A stretch of DNA of 45,174 nt from Hypanus sabinus (taxonomy: Eukaryota), in NCBI RefSeq assembly GCF_030144855.1, contig NW_026781843.1, positions 124,001 through 169,174 on the forward strand, in the 5' to 3' direction. Position numbers and translations under genes: made by a program. Below are positions 25,921 to 37,332 of the stretch, one piece after another; position 1 is the first letter of the stretch; each line of letters begins with the position of its first letter. The notes below the pieces were generated by a model that saw nothing but the letters and a program-made list of their open reading frames with translations, did no database searches and was not told the DNA's origin.

Positions 25921-26718
25921 TACACGGTCATTAGAAGTATGGTTGAGCGCAGAGGAAATTACGAAATGGAACAGTACAGGAAATGATGCATGTTAAGCTA
26001 GGCGCATCTGCATACGGTCCATGTTCCTCCATTCACTACTCGTTCAGGTACCTGTCCATCTGTCTCTTGTCACACCCGCCACCTCCACCACAACTATCCG
26101 CGCGTTTCAGGCAGCACCGCTCCCTGTGGAATGAAACTTGCCCCGCACACCTTGGACAAGAATAGTTACGAGGTGAACCAGCTCTTTCCCCAAGGACGTA
26201 TGAATATTCAGCCTCCTTCAGATCCATCACCCTCCCGTTAATCAAATTTCTCGTCGTCTTCACTCTATAGAGATGTTCCGCTATTGTCAGACAGTAGCGT
26301 TACCCTGTTCACTATTTTAACTCGCGTTGTCAATGAGCCTCTGTCGTATCTGCCTCCAGCTCCACCACCCGTCGCAGCACATTCCAGGCTCCCACCACAC
26401 TCTGTGTTGAAAATACAAACAAACTGCCCTGCGTAACTCATTTCATCACACCGTTATTGTCAGAAAACATTCATATTTTATCGGTTTTATTGGCGGAAAC
26501 GGCACGGTAGCAGGCCTTTCGAGACATGACATCAGTTGCCCTACTCAAAGGCAGGAAGGAGTGTGAATCTGTGATGAAACAAGACGACGCCCAAGAGGTC
26601 ACGTGGAGAATGTGCAAACTCCTCACAGTCCTTGTACGTGTTTTAATGAACAAGTGCGTGTTCTGTGCAGCACTGATCACTGACTCTCACAGATCACCTA
26701 CTTTCTGTCGCCGGTGAA

Positions 26719-26757
26719 GGTTTTTGTCGGGCCCCGGCTTGTCGCTGAGCCACTGTG
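26719..26757 (-). other. 23-RSS (CACAGTG-23-ACAAAAACC), perfect consensus, inverted
   Basis: Plus strand ggtttttgt-23-cactgtg. Confidence 0.97.
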
Positions 26758-27439
26758 TGGACTGCATGCGCAGAAGTAAACGGCCGACTGCTCCGGGCGC
26801 ACGCTGGCCGAGCTGAGACTGAATGTCTTTGTATTGGGTCTCCGGGCGGTGAAGCCGTCCACGGCCCCCTTTGGAATTACTGAGCCAGTATACGTGGAAT
26901 GAAACAGGAACTGAATCGCCTTTCCCGGATATTGTCGGCACCACGAGAGACAATTGCTATCGGTACCGTCGGCCAGGATCCACGCTCTCGCCGGGAGATT
27001 TGGAGAGAACCGGCGTGTCCTGGCGAGGTCGCTCCTGGGGAAGGGAACGGGAAGTGCGGAGAGTTAAGTGAATGGGAAGACCCGAGTACGGACGATCTAT
27101 TGTTAAACGGGAGGACGGGGTTTAGAAGGAAACGAACCAGGTGCTCTGTCTCTCATCATCAACCCGTGCCGTCTCGTTTTAAGCGCCCGTTCCCGTCCCC
27201 TTTTAACTCCATGCCCTTATCCCCGACTTTCACGGAAATTAAATTCTAACCCAAACAAACTCCCCTTGTGACTCTGCGCGCAGATCCCCGCAACGTCTGG
27301 CTAAATCTTTACTGTACTGGTCCTAGTTTAACATCTTTCCGATATAAGTGACCAAAACTGTTACGTATTGAAGAATAATTATTGCGTGAGATTATTTCTT
27401 ACTCCGAAGCAACGGCGCCAGGGCGAGAAACAGCAGCAT
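26758..27439 (-). pseudogene. TRBV: Inverted TCR beta V pseudogene, family C copy 1; leader 27439-27403, V exon 27034-26758; two 11-nt FR1 deletions
   Basis: Leader MLLFLALAPLLR A|gtaaga. 3' frame WCRQYPGKAIQFLFHSTYTGSVIPKGAVDGFTARRPNTKTFSLSSASVRPEQSAVYFCACS. First Cys lost and frame shifted relative to the 37 kb paralog. Confidence 0.9.
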
Positions 27440-27714
27440 CCTCTCTCCGGGATCCTTCTCTGTGTTGTGAGTGGTAGCGACTGGGGAGAAAAGCGCCTCA
27501 TCGACGCGCCGCCCCTTCCGGGCAGACTACCTGCAGTCCCCTTTCTGGTGCGGAGGGGCCAATCGGCAGGGTCGGAAAATGCTGAAGAGATGGACGCGTC
27601 CCGAAGCGTGTTCTATCTATTCATTTCCATAGCTGCGCCCTGATCTGATCAGTTCCTGCAGCATTTACTGTGTATTGATTTAGATTTCCAGCATCTGCGG
27701 AATTTCTCCTGTTC

Positions 27715-28350
27715 AGAGGTTGGTAAACTCAGTCAGCTCCATCATGAGCAGTAGCATCCCCAGTGTCAAGGACATCTTCCAGCGGCGAACCCTCCAAACG
27801 GCCGCATCCATTAACGACCCCCAACACCCAGGACATGCCCGCTTCCCATTCATACCCTCAGAGATGAGATACATGAGACCGAGGAGCCACAGTCACTGGT
27901 TCAGGAACAGCGTCTGCCCTCCGCCATTAGATTTCTGATCGGCAAATGAGCACCATGAACACTAATTCANNNNNNNNNNNNNNNNNNNNNNNNNNNNNNN
28001 NNNNNNNNNNNNNNNNNNNNNNNNNNNNNNNNNNNNNNNNNNNNNNNNNNNNNNNNNNNNNNNNNNNNNNNNNNNNNNNNNNNNNNNNNNNNNNNNNNNN
28101 NNNNNNNNNNNNNNNNNNNNNNNTGTTTTATTGCACATCTAATTGCTTATATAACTATTTATTAATTTCCGTATTAGTCTATTTATTTATCTGCTATTTA
28201 TTCTCCGTGCAGTCCTCTTTATATTAATTCATTTGTGTATTTATTTACATTTACTGTAATTGATAATATGTTTGATGCATTGCACCAGACTGCTGTCGAA
28301 GTAACAATAAATTTTACCACATATAGAATTCATGATAAAACCGATTCCGG
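27715..28350 (+). mobile_element. Rex1/Babar-type LINE 3' end and tail (spans a gap)
   Basis: ASINDPQHPGHARFPFIPS...WFRNSVCP resembles the Rex1 C-terminus; ...ccgattccggttctga tail. Confidence 0.65.
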
Positions 28351-28805
28351 TTCTGATAGTGATCCACCATTTCTCCCCTTGTGATTGGAGGCCTGGTCGC
28401 CTGGAGACCAGGAGAGGGCGCCGTAGGAGGAGCTGAAGGTGACGCACTCAGAAAGGGGAGGCATCTCCAGCGTGGAATCAGCAGAGAATCACTCCGGCTG
28501 GATTTCCAACCTATTTATTTATGCCATGGACAGATTTCGTGAAGCGCGGGAATTTGTAGTCTCCGTCCACGGATAATATTGCTGAATAAGGACGTGCAGG
28601 CCGACTTGGCGGGCTCTCGTCCAGCTGTAGAACTGGTCAGTCATTCCAGAATTCCGGAGATTGAGACAAGGAGTTGACACGCGGACGGGAGGGCATTGAA
28701 AACATGAAATTTGTGTTGGTGAGTCGGCCAGTGTCTGTCTCGTCCTGCAATATGACTTTGGTAGGGTATCACGTGGGATAGAATTAATTTATTTTATCCA
28801 TCTGT

Positions 28806-28819
28806 CCAGCAGAGGGCGA
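28806..28819 (+). promoter_or_regulatory. CTCF-like motif CCAGCAGAGGGCGA
   Basis: Matches the core consensus CCASYAGRKGGCR; repeated at 40038 and 41600. Confidence 0.6.
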
Positions 28820-28849
28820 TATCACACCATGCATCGGGCAATGAAGGAC

Positions 28850-28970
28850 ATCCAAGCAACACACACAAAAGGCTGGTGGAACACAAAACGCCAGGCAGCA
28901 TCTATAAGGAGGAACACTGTCGAGGTTTCGGGCCGAGACCCTTCGTCAGTACTAACTGAAAGGAAAAATG
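28850..28970 (+). repeat. Chondrichthyan interspersed repeat (possibly Penelope-like terminus)
   Basis: ggtttcgggccgagacccttcgtcag...ctaactgaaagg; related copies at about 40070-40140 and about 36170-36400 (inverted). Family assignment is from recollection. Confidence 0.45.
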
Positions 28971-29799
28971 AAGGACATGCACGGCTTCTCAAAGGGGATT
29001 TCAACTTGGTCCCTCTCCAGTGGGTACCTGTACCTCTGCATATTCTGCCCTTCTATCAAAACCAAATCAACCGTCCAGTTACCAAATAAAACTCGACAAA
29101 TCTCGTTGAAATCATAGATTTACACAGATATCACGTCGTGACACAGGCGATTGGTATAGATCTCTCAGCACCCTCACCACCCGGAACATTTCCGCTTCTC
29201 CTTCCGACCAGCGCAGTTGAGGCACAGGATACGAAAGAGTGAAAGATCCTTGAACAAGTTCTTCCCCTCCGCCATCAGATGGTTGAAAGGTCCGTAAACC
29301 CATATACACCACTTTGCTATTCCGCTCGCTTTATACACCACTTGTACAGTTTCTCTCGTAACTGACTTCGAGGGGGAAGTGGAAGAGTGGGTAAACACGG
29401 TTACAGGAAACGCGAAGTTTGGTTGTGTTGTGGGGAGTGCATAAGGTTGGTCTTTGCTGACAACGGGTCTTTGGTAGGATGCAGAGCCGGACAGAGGAGA
29501 GTCCGATGGAGTTCAACCAACCAAGACAGAGGAAGGATGCGGAAGCCCTGTCACAGCCAGGACTCGGCTGCGCAACAGATTCGATAATTGTGCTCGTGGA
29601 TATGTACGGGTCATATAATGATTTCATTACGCCGGTATTTAACTCCCTGCTTATCGTTGTAGCGTTTGTCGATACTTGAGCACAGCACAAGAACGTTACG
29701 CTGCCGGCTTGCATTCGGCCGTCCCCGAGAACAGTGGACTGAGTCTGAGGACGAGCGGTACTCGGTTTACGTTTAGCTATTCCGTTCAGACGCGTGTTT

Positions 29800-30710
29800 T
29801 AGTTATGGAACATAGAATAGTGCAGCACAGGAATTCGGCCCACAATGTTGTGCTCAACCAAACAAATTAATAATCTAATGGTCAACTAAAAAAATATCTT
29901 GTGCCTGCACAATGACCCTATCTCTCACTTTTTCTCTTTAATGTGCCTTATCTAAACATCTGTGAAAAGCTCCTAATGTGTCATCCTCTGCTACCGCCCG
30001 GCAGCAAATTCCAGGCACCCACCACCCTCTGTAAAAAACACACTTTTCTCTTTCATCTCCTTTGATATTACCCCCTCTCACCACAAAAGCATTATGTCAG
30101 GTATTAGGCATTTCAACTCTGGTGGAAAGGTACTGTCTGTCTGCTCAATGCCTCACGTAATCTTATAAACTTTTGTCCGATCTCTCCTTGGCAACCCTAG
30201 AGAAAATTACCAGTGTTTGTCCAATCTCATTATAGCCCATGACAGCAACTGCCCGCTAATCCATGCAGCATCCTGGTGAATCTCTTGTGCGACCCCCCCC
30301 CCCCCACAAGGCCTCAACAAACTATATGCAAAACTACAGATGCGATCTAACCGATGTTTTATAATGCAGCAACATGACTTCCTGACCTTTGGTCTCAGGC
30401 CATACGCCTTCGGAACAGCCTATGTAGCCACTTTCAGGGAGCTGTGAGCTTGGACCCCACAATCCCTCTGCTCAACAACGCTGTAATGGTCTTGCCCTTA
30501 ACAGTGTACAGTCTCCTTACATTAGCGCTACCAACGCTGAACTCATTCGGCCATTTCTCTGCCCATATCTGTAGCTGATCGATATCCCATTGTATTCTTT
30601 GCCAGTCCTACACTATTGGCATCATCACCAAATTTCGTATAATCTGCAAACTTAATAAAGCACCCATCCACATTTTCACCCGGGTCGTTTATATAGAAGC
30701 AGAAAAAAAC
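29800..30710 (-). mobile_element. Decayed CR1 3' fragment
   Basis: FIKFADYTKFG on the minus strand; catagaatag...ggcccaca tail. Confidence 0.7.
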
Positions 30711-31776
30711 ATATAGAAACATGGAAAAATAGGCAGAGATAGCTCTGTTTCGCGTCGCGTTTATTGTTTTCTGTTTTTCCCTTAAAATACTGTTCGCATT
30801 AAAGTCGCGCTTGTCTACTTCAATATTCAAATTCCCTCTCTCCTNNNNNNNNNNNNNNNNNNNNNNNNNNNNNNNNNNNNNNNNNNNNNNNNNNNNNNNN
30901 NNNNNNNNNNNNNNNNNNNNNNNNNNNNNNNNNNNNNNNNNNNNNNNNNNNNNNNNNNNNNNNNNNNNNNNNNNNNNNNNNNNNNNNNNNNNNNNNNNNN
31001 NNNNNNNNNNNNNNNNNNNNNNNNNNNNNNNNNNNNNNNNNNNNNNNNNNNNNNNNNNNNNNNNNNNNNNNNNNNNNNAGTCGCCCTGAGACACCTTTCT
31101 GGAGATTAATTCTTGGAATCCTGGGTATGTGCCTTGTTTCTTTCCTTGCTGATCTGAGAAAGAAAAACAAAAATATCAATGTTACTCAACACAAAACTGC
31201 CTTGCATATCCTCAGGGAAATCCTCGGCCGATCTCAGACTCTGCTGGGTTCGCAGCCAGTGAGGCAAAGGCAGCCGCACCATCTACTCCGCTCCGCCCAC
31301 CCCGACACTGTCCTTCAGGTGGAGTGGTGCAAATCAGCCAATAGCAGCGTCAGGAATTCCGTCCATCAGTGGGAAAAGGGCGGGGCCTCCTTTCCGCACT
31401 CACTTCATTCTCGAAGGCCTCTCNNNNNNNNNNNNNNNNNNNNNNNNNNNNNNNNNNNNNNNNNNNNNNNNNNNNNNNNNNNNNNNNNNNNNNNNNNNNN
31501 NNNNNNNNNNNNNNNNNNNNNNNNNNNNNNNNNNNNNNNNNNNNNNNNNNNNNNNNNNNNNNNNNNNNNNNNNNNNNNNNNNNNNNNNNNNNNNTTTCAC
31601 AGATCTCCAACCATCCTTCAATTTACTGACATTTCCCGATCTATCTCTTCTTCTCCTCACTCATTCAGCCTCTCTACGCGGTCCGTCTAACCCCACACTC
31701 CACCCGCTCCCCTCTCCCGAATCTCCTCCCGTCCTACAGAATATTGACATTGCCCTTCTCCCCGTGTCGCTTCCAG

Positions 31777-32075
31777 GGGTGAGCCCGCAGGACATCGTTC
31801 AGACTCCTCCGGCCCTCACCAAGCTTCCTGGGGAGAGTGTGGCTCTGAGGTGCCTCAGAAAGGGCAGCAGCAGCAGTAACGCATTCTACTGGTACAGACA
31901 ATACCCCGGGAAGGAGATTCACAACCTCTTTTACTCCGGGGCCGTCAACACCGTATATCCTCAGGGGTCGGTGGACGGATTCACCGCCCGGAGACCGGAT
32001 GACGAGACGTTCCTGCTGAGCTCTCCCGGCGCGCTGCCCAACCATTCGGCCGTCTACTTCTGCGGGTGGAGTCTT
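31777..32075 (+). CDS. TRBV: TCR beta V exon, family A copy 2, open; leader exon probably in gap 31424-31594
   Basis: Acceptor ttccag|. VSPQDIVQTPPALTKLPGESVALRCLRKGSSSSNAFYWYRQYPGKEIHNLFYSG...SAVYFCGWSL with both Cys and the Trp intact. Promoter homology at 31.2-31.42 kb; RSS follows. Confidence 0.9.
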
Positions 32076-32114
32076 CACAGTGACTCAGAGACACACTGGC
32101 GCCGAACAAAAATC
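32076..32114 (+). other. 23-RSS (CACAGTG-23-ACAAAAATC)
   Basis: Direct read. Confidence 0.96.
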
Positions 32115-32629
32115 TTCCAACGTGATAGGAAACAGCTGGCGGTGGGGCAGGCCAGGTGCAGCATAGACTGTCTTCGCTCTCTCTATCACACTCCCCCGTT
32201 CTTTCTCTCTTTATTCTGTCTCGCCCTCACATCTCCCTACTCTTACCTCTCTTCCCTAGTTTTCAGTCCATGTCTCTTCCAAGGTCAGTGGATAAGGCCT
32301 GATTCTACTTACACTACCTGCAGCCTTCATAAAATCCCACTATTTCAACACTCCCCTCCTTTCCCTTCGCTCCAGGGGATTAATTCCGAACCCAGTCAAC
32401 ACACCCCGGCTAGCTTTTCCTTTCAAGCTTTCAATCTCACCGATATCTTCCCCACATGGAGGTGATCAGAACCGCACACTATTCGGCAATTTTGTTCTGT
32501 ACAGCTTGCTACAAACCGGCAACATAACATCCCATCTCCTGTTGAATACTTTGATTACTGTAGGCAAGTGTACCAAAACCACTTTTTGGACCCCAACCAA
32601 CTGTGAATCCAATTTCATTGACTTTCGTA

Positions 32630-33790
32630 TCTATATTTCCAGTCGCCCCGTCCTACTGGACTCCTCAGTGCCCGACGGTTCACAGCCGACACCTCCCCTG
32701 TACCCCAGCATCATAAACCTGTGCCCCCTCGTGCAATCTTTCACAGCCTTGGGGAAAAGCCTCTGACTGTCCACATGATCAATGCCTCTCATCATCTTGT
32801 ACACCTCTATCAGGTCAACTCTGATCTTCCGTCTCTCCAAGGAGAAAAGACCGAGTTCACTCAACCTATTCTCGTAAATCCTGCTCTCCAATCCAGGCAT
32901 CATCCTTGTAAGTCTCCTCCGCACACTTTCTATGGCTTCGACATCATTCCTGTAAAGAGACGACCAGAAGTGAGTACAGTACTCCAAGTGGGGTCTGACC
33001 AGGGTCCTAAACAGCTGCAACATTACCTCTCGGCTCCTAAACTCAATCCCACAATCGATGAAGGCCTTCTTAACCTTACGTTCGTACACTGCACGCCTTC
33101 TTAACCACAGAGTCAACCGGAGCAGCTGCTTTGAGCGGCCTATGGACTCGGACCCCAAGATCCCTCTGATCCCCCACTCTGCCAAGAGCCTTACCATTAA
33201 TACTATATTCTGCCATCATAGTTGACCTACCAAAATGAACCACCTCACACTTATCTGGTTTGAACTCCATCTGACACCTCTCAGCCCAGTTTTGCATCCT
33301 ATCGATGTCCCGCTGTAACCTCTAACAGCCCTCCGCACTATCCACAGCACCCCCTACCTTTGTGTCATCAGCAAATTTACTAAACCATCCCTCCACTTCC
33401 TCATCCTGATCATTTTTATAAATCACGACAGAAGTGGTCCCAGAACAGATCCCTGAGGCACTCCACTGGGGACCGAACTCCATGCAGAATATCACCCGTC
33501 TACAAGCACTCTTTGCCTTCTGTGGGCAAGCCAGTTCTGGATCCACAAAGTAATGTCCCCTTGGATTCTGTCCTTCCTGACTTTCTCAATAATATGGGGA
33601 ACCTTGCTGAAATCCATACACACTACATCCACTGCTCTACCTTCAACAATGTGTTTTCTTACGTCCTTGAAGAATTCAATCAGGCTCGCGAGCCAGGACT
33701 TGCCCTTGACAGAGCCATGCTGGCTATCCCTAATCAGATTATATCTCAGCAAATGCTCATAAATCCTGCCTCTCAGGATCTTCCGCAACA
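32630..33790 (-). mobile_element. CR1 RT to 3' end, inserted in cassette copy 2
   Basis: DFSKVPH; SKFADDTKVGG; LVRPHLEYCTHFWS. Confidence 0.9.
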
Positions 33791-33791
33791 A

Positions 33792-34150
33792 CCTTTACAA
33801 ATCAGAGTATTGAGTATAGGAGTTGGGATGTAATGTTAAATTGTACAAGGCATTGGTAAGGCCGAATTTGGAGTATTGTGTACAGTTCTAGTCACCGAAT
33901 TATAGGAAAGATGTCAACAAAATAGAGAGAGTACAGAGGAGATTTACTAAAATGTTACCTGGGTTTCAGCACCTAAGTTACAGTGAAAAGTTGAACAAGT
34001 TAGGTCTTTATTCGTTGGAGTGTAGAAGATTGAAGGGGAACTTGATAGAGGTATTTAATATTATGCTGGGTATAGAGGGAGTTGACGTAGACAGGCGTTT
34101 TCCGTTGAGAGTAGGGGAGATTCAAACAAGAGGACGTGAGTTGAGAGTTC
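33792..34150 (+). mobile_element. CR1 3' fragment, same subfamily as 6.2-7.4 kb
   Basis: aaatcagagtattgagtataggagttggg...LPGFQHLSYSEKLNKLGLYSLE. Confidence 0.85.
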
Positions 34151-35032
34151 CTCTCGTAGCTCGTTCCACACACGGACCATCCTCAGGATGAAGGTGTTGC
34201 AACTGAGGTCCTCGTTAAATCGCTCCTCTCGCCTTAGATCTGCTCCCTCAACTGTTTGATCCTCTTTCTCTACTCCACTCTCTTTCGCCGTATCTCTCTT
34301 TCTCTNNNNNNNNNNNNNNNNNNNNNNNNNNNNNNNNNNNNNNNNNNNNNNNNNNNNNNNNNNNNNNNNNNNNNNNNNNNNNNNNNNNNNNNNNNNNNNN
34401 NNNNNNNNNNNNNNNNNNNNNNNNNNNNNNNNNNNNNNNNNNNNNNNNNNNNNNNNNNNNNNNNNNNNNNNNNNNNNNNNNNNNNNNNNNNNNNNNNNNN
34501 NNNNNNNNNNNNNNNNNNNNNNNNNNNNNNNNNNNNNNNNNNNNNNNNNNACTGACCCTGAATTATGGACCTCATTCTTGGCCTGTCAGTGAAGGGTGAT
34601 GGCGATGTTGGATGAAAGGGAGATAAGTCAGGCAGTAAGGGAAAGCTAAGCTACCAGGGGAGGGATAAAGGTTGCAATTTCGGGAGTTGGGGGTACGAGC
34701 TGCGGTCCTCTCGGCAACTTGCGACTAATTAAAGAGGAATTAAGTTATCAGATGCGTCATCGGTAGCGAGCGGCGAACAGCCATAAGGAGCGCCGCGTCC
34801 TTAAACGATCTCACGCCCATGCGCATTCTCCGGAGATCATTGGACGACGGCGAGCCAATCACATGCCGCACAGGCCGGCATTGTCTGAACTTGGCCACAG
34901 CCCACTTCCCGCGCCGATTGGGTGGGAGGAGTTTGGACTGACACGTCATCTACCTCCCCAGCTCGACGCTTCTCCTAGTTCACTGAGTCAAGGACCCTCG
35001 TCGGGCGCGCACGCTGCAGCCAAATCCACAAA

Positions 35033-35702
35033 ATGAGATTCCTCGCCCTCTTACTGGGCTGTATTTTCTGCTACCCCGGTCAGTAAATTTCACCTCGCCT
35101 GCTCAACCCTTCAGCCATGGAAATCCACAAATATTGAAAAATTATATTTGTATCCAATTCCTTCACTGCCTGGATATGGGATATTTCAGTAAAGTAAAAT
35201 AGTTATTGTATTCCAGAGGCCAGAATAGATCTATAACTAGTAGGGGCTAGCAAATAATTGAGGACCGAATGGACAGCTCGTTTTCCTGTGCGCAGTCCTC
35301 CCTCTGCTTTCCCTCACTCACCCCTCGCTGACCATTCCTTCTCTCCTTTGTCTCCGGCTCCCTCTACTCACTGACCGTTCTCTTCTCCCTGTCTTTGGGC
35401 CAGAGGCGAATTCGCAGAAGATCCATCAGAATCCGTAGGCTGTCTCCGCGACTCCAGGGAAGGATGTCCGACTGAGCTGCACGCTATCCGGAGGCAGTAG
35501 CGATCCATACATGTACTGGTACCGGCAATACCCGGGAAGAACTCCCCAGTACTTGTTCCACTCCGCTGGCACAAATATAGTAACTCCGGACAAAGCTGTG
35601 GAAGGATTCATCGCCAAAAGGCCTGATGAAAATACTTTCTTTCTGACAACCGACAATCTCTGGGCCAATCACTCGGCCGTGTACTTCTGCGCCTGGAGTC
35701 GA
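35033..35702 (+). pseudogene. TRBV: TCR beta V pseudogene, family B copy 2; leader 35033-35078, V exon 35404-35702; single TAG at 35436
   Basis: Leader MRFLALLLGCIFCYP G|gtcagt. V exon EANSQKIHQNP*AVSATPGKDVRLSC...MYWYRQYPGRTPQYLFHSAG...NHSAVYFCAWSR. Confidence 0.92.
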
Positions 35703-35741
35703 CACAGTGACTGAGAGAAACGAATAGACGAGACAAAAACC
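35703..35741 (+). other. 23-RSS (CACAGTG-23-ACAAAAACC), perfect consensus
   Basis: Direct read. Confidence 0.97.
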
Positions 35742-37293
35742 TGCCTTGTCGACAAGGAGGAGCTCGAGGAGAGAGGAGGAAATGACGTTTGCTGCTGCTT
35801 CCACGTCACACATAAAGGGCGCATGATTGACGGCAGACGAACGTACCACGCAGCACAGTACAGTGAATGATCCAAATGACACTAAGCAGATTTGCTTATG
35901 GGTGAATGTTCCTTCATTCCCTGCTGATTTATCAACCTCCACCACTGTTTTCAGCGCGTTTCAGACACGCATCACTGTCTGTAAACAAACGTGCCCCGCT
36001 CATCTTGGACAAGCACTGTTAGAATGCGAAAACCGACGGTATGAACATCTATTTCTCGAACTCCCGGTAACGCCCCCTTCCTTCACCATTTCCAACTTAC
36101 TCTGTCACTTTCCCTTCCCTTTGTTGGTGCTGCCCGCTTTTCCTTCTTCCATGGCTATCGAACTCTCCTATTAGATGCCCCCTTCTCCAGCCCTGTATCT
36201 CATTCACCAGTCAACCTTTCAACTCACTACAACACCCCACCCGCTCCCCCTCCCGATTTCACCAGTCAGCTGGCATTTCCCTACACTACCCCCACCCGCC
36301 CTTAATCTGACTCCTCATCTTTTTTCCCCTGTTCTTCCGAAGGGCCTCGGGCTGAAACGCCGGCTGTTTACCCTTTTCCACAGATGCTATCCTGTTCAGA
36401 CCATAAAACCGTGAGATAGAGAATCAGAATCAGGCCGTTTTACCCACCCAGTCTGCTCCGCCATTTCATCTCGCCTGATCTAACATCCCACTCGGCCCCG
36501 ATCTCCTGTGCTCTCTCCGAATCCCTTCATACCCTGACCGAACAAGAATCTTTCAACTCCTCCTTACATATACATAAATTTCAGCCTCCCCAACTGCCTG
36601 TGGCCAGGAATCCCACAGATTCATTACTCCCTGGCGGCGGAATTCCCCTCATGCCAGTTCCGAATGGGACGCCCCTCAGTTCTGAAGCTTTGCCCTCTGA
36701 CCTTAGACCCTCCCACCAAAGGAAACATAGGATCGGCTGTTTCTGTGCTGTCTCAACATAAATTCGTGATGCACTCGGAGATTCTCGGCGAAGAGCCCAT
36801 AAGACTCCAGGTGCAACCTCAACGAATTCACGTGAAAATCATATCCCGTCTTCATCTCCCAGAAGGACTTTACGTTTGCCCAGCCTCTGTGGAAATTGAT
36901 CTTCCATTTCTTCAAGTCGTCGCAGTAATTCTGTGTAATGTACGAATGATTATGAATGTGTGGGGAAACTAGAGGAAGCCCGCACGGACACTGCGGAAAT
37001 GAATGTTCGCGCTATACCATCGTCACGTTGCCCGCAGCGCTCCTGTACCGTGCCGCCAGCTACTCTACGTCACTCCCATGTGAGGGTCCGTCTCCCCAGA
37101 TCACTGTCCCGTCATTTGACAACAGATTTGATCCCCGCACCTCGAGCCAATCCGGAACGATCCCTCTGTTTCTCAGTCCCACCTGCAGACGCGCTAATAT
37201 TGCCTGGCATTTGTTTTTTAACCAGCACGTTCGTGATCTGTGAAACCAAGATCAACGAGTCTCACAGATCAGCTGCTTCCTGTCGCCGGCGAA

Positions 37294-37332
37294 GTTTGTT
37301 GTCGGGCCCCGGCGTGTCTCTGAGCCACTGTG
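37294..37332 (-). other. 23-RSS with degenerate nonamer (CACAGTG-23-ACAACAAAC), inverted
   Basis: Spacer nearly identical to the 26728-26750 paralog; two nonamer substitutions. Confidence 0.88.

Noticed and set aside
32630-34150. Head-to-head CR1 pieces as a twin-priming inversion
   Set aside because: The pieces overlap in consensus coordinates and belong to different subfamilies.
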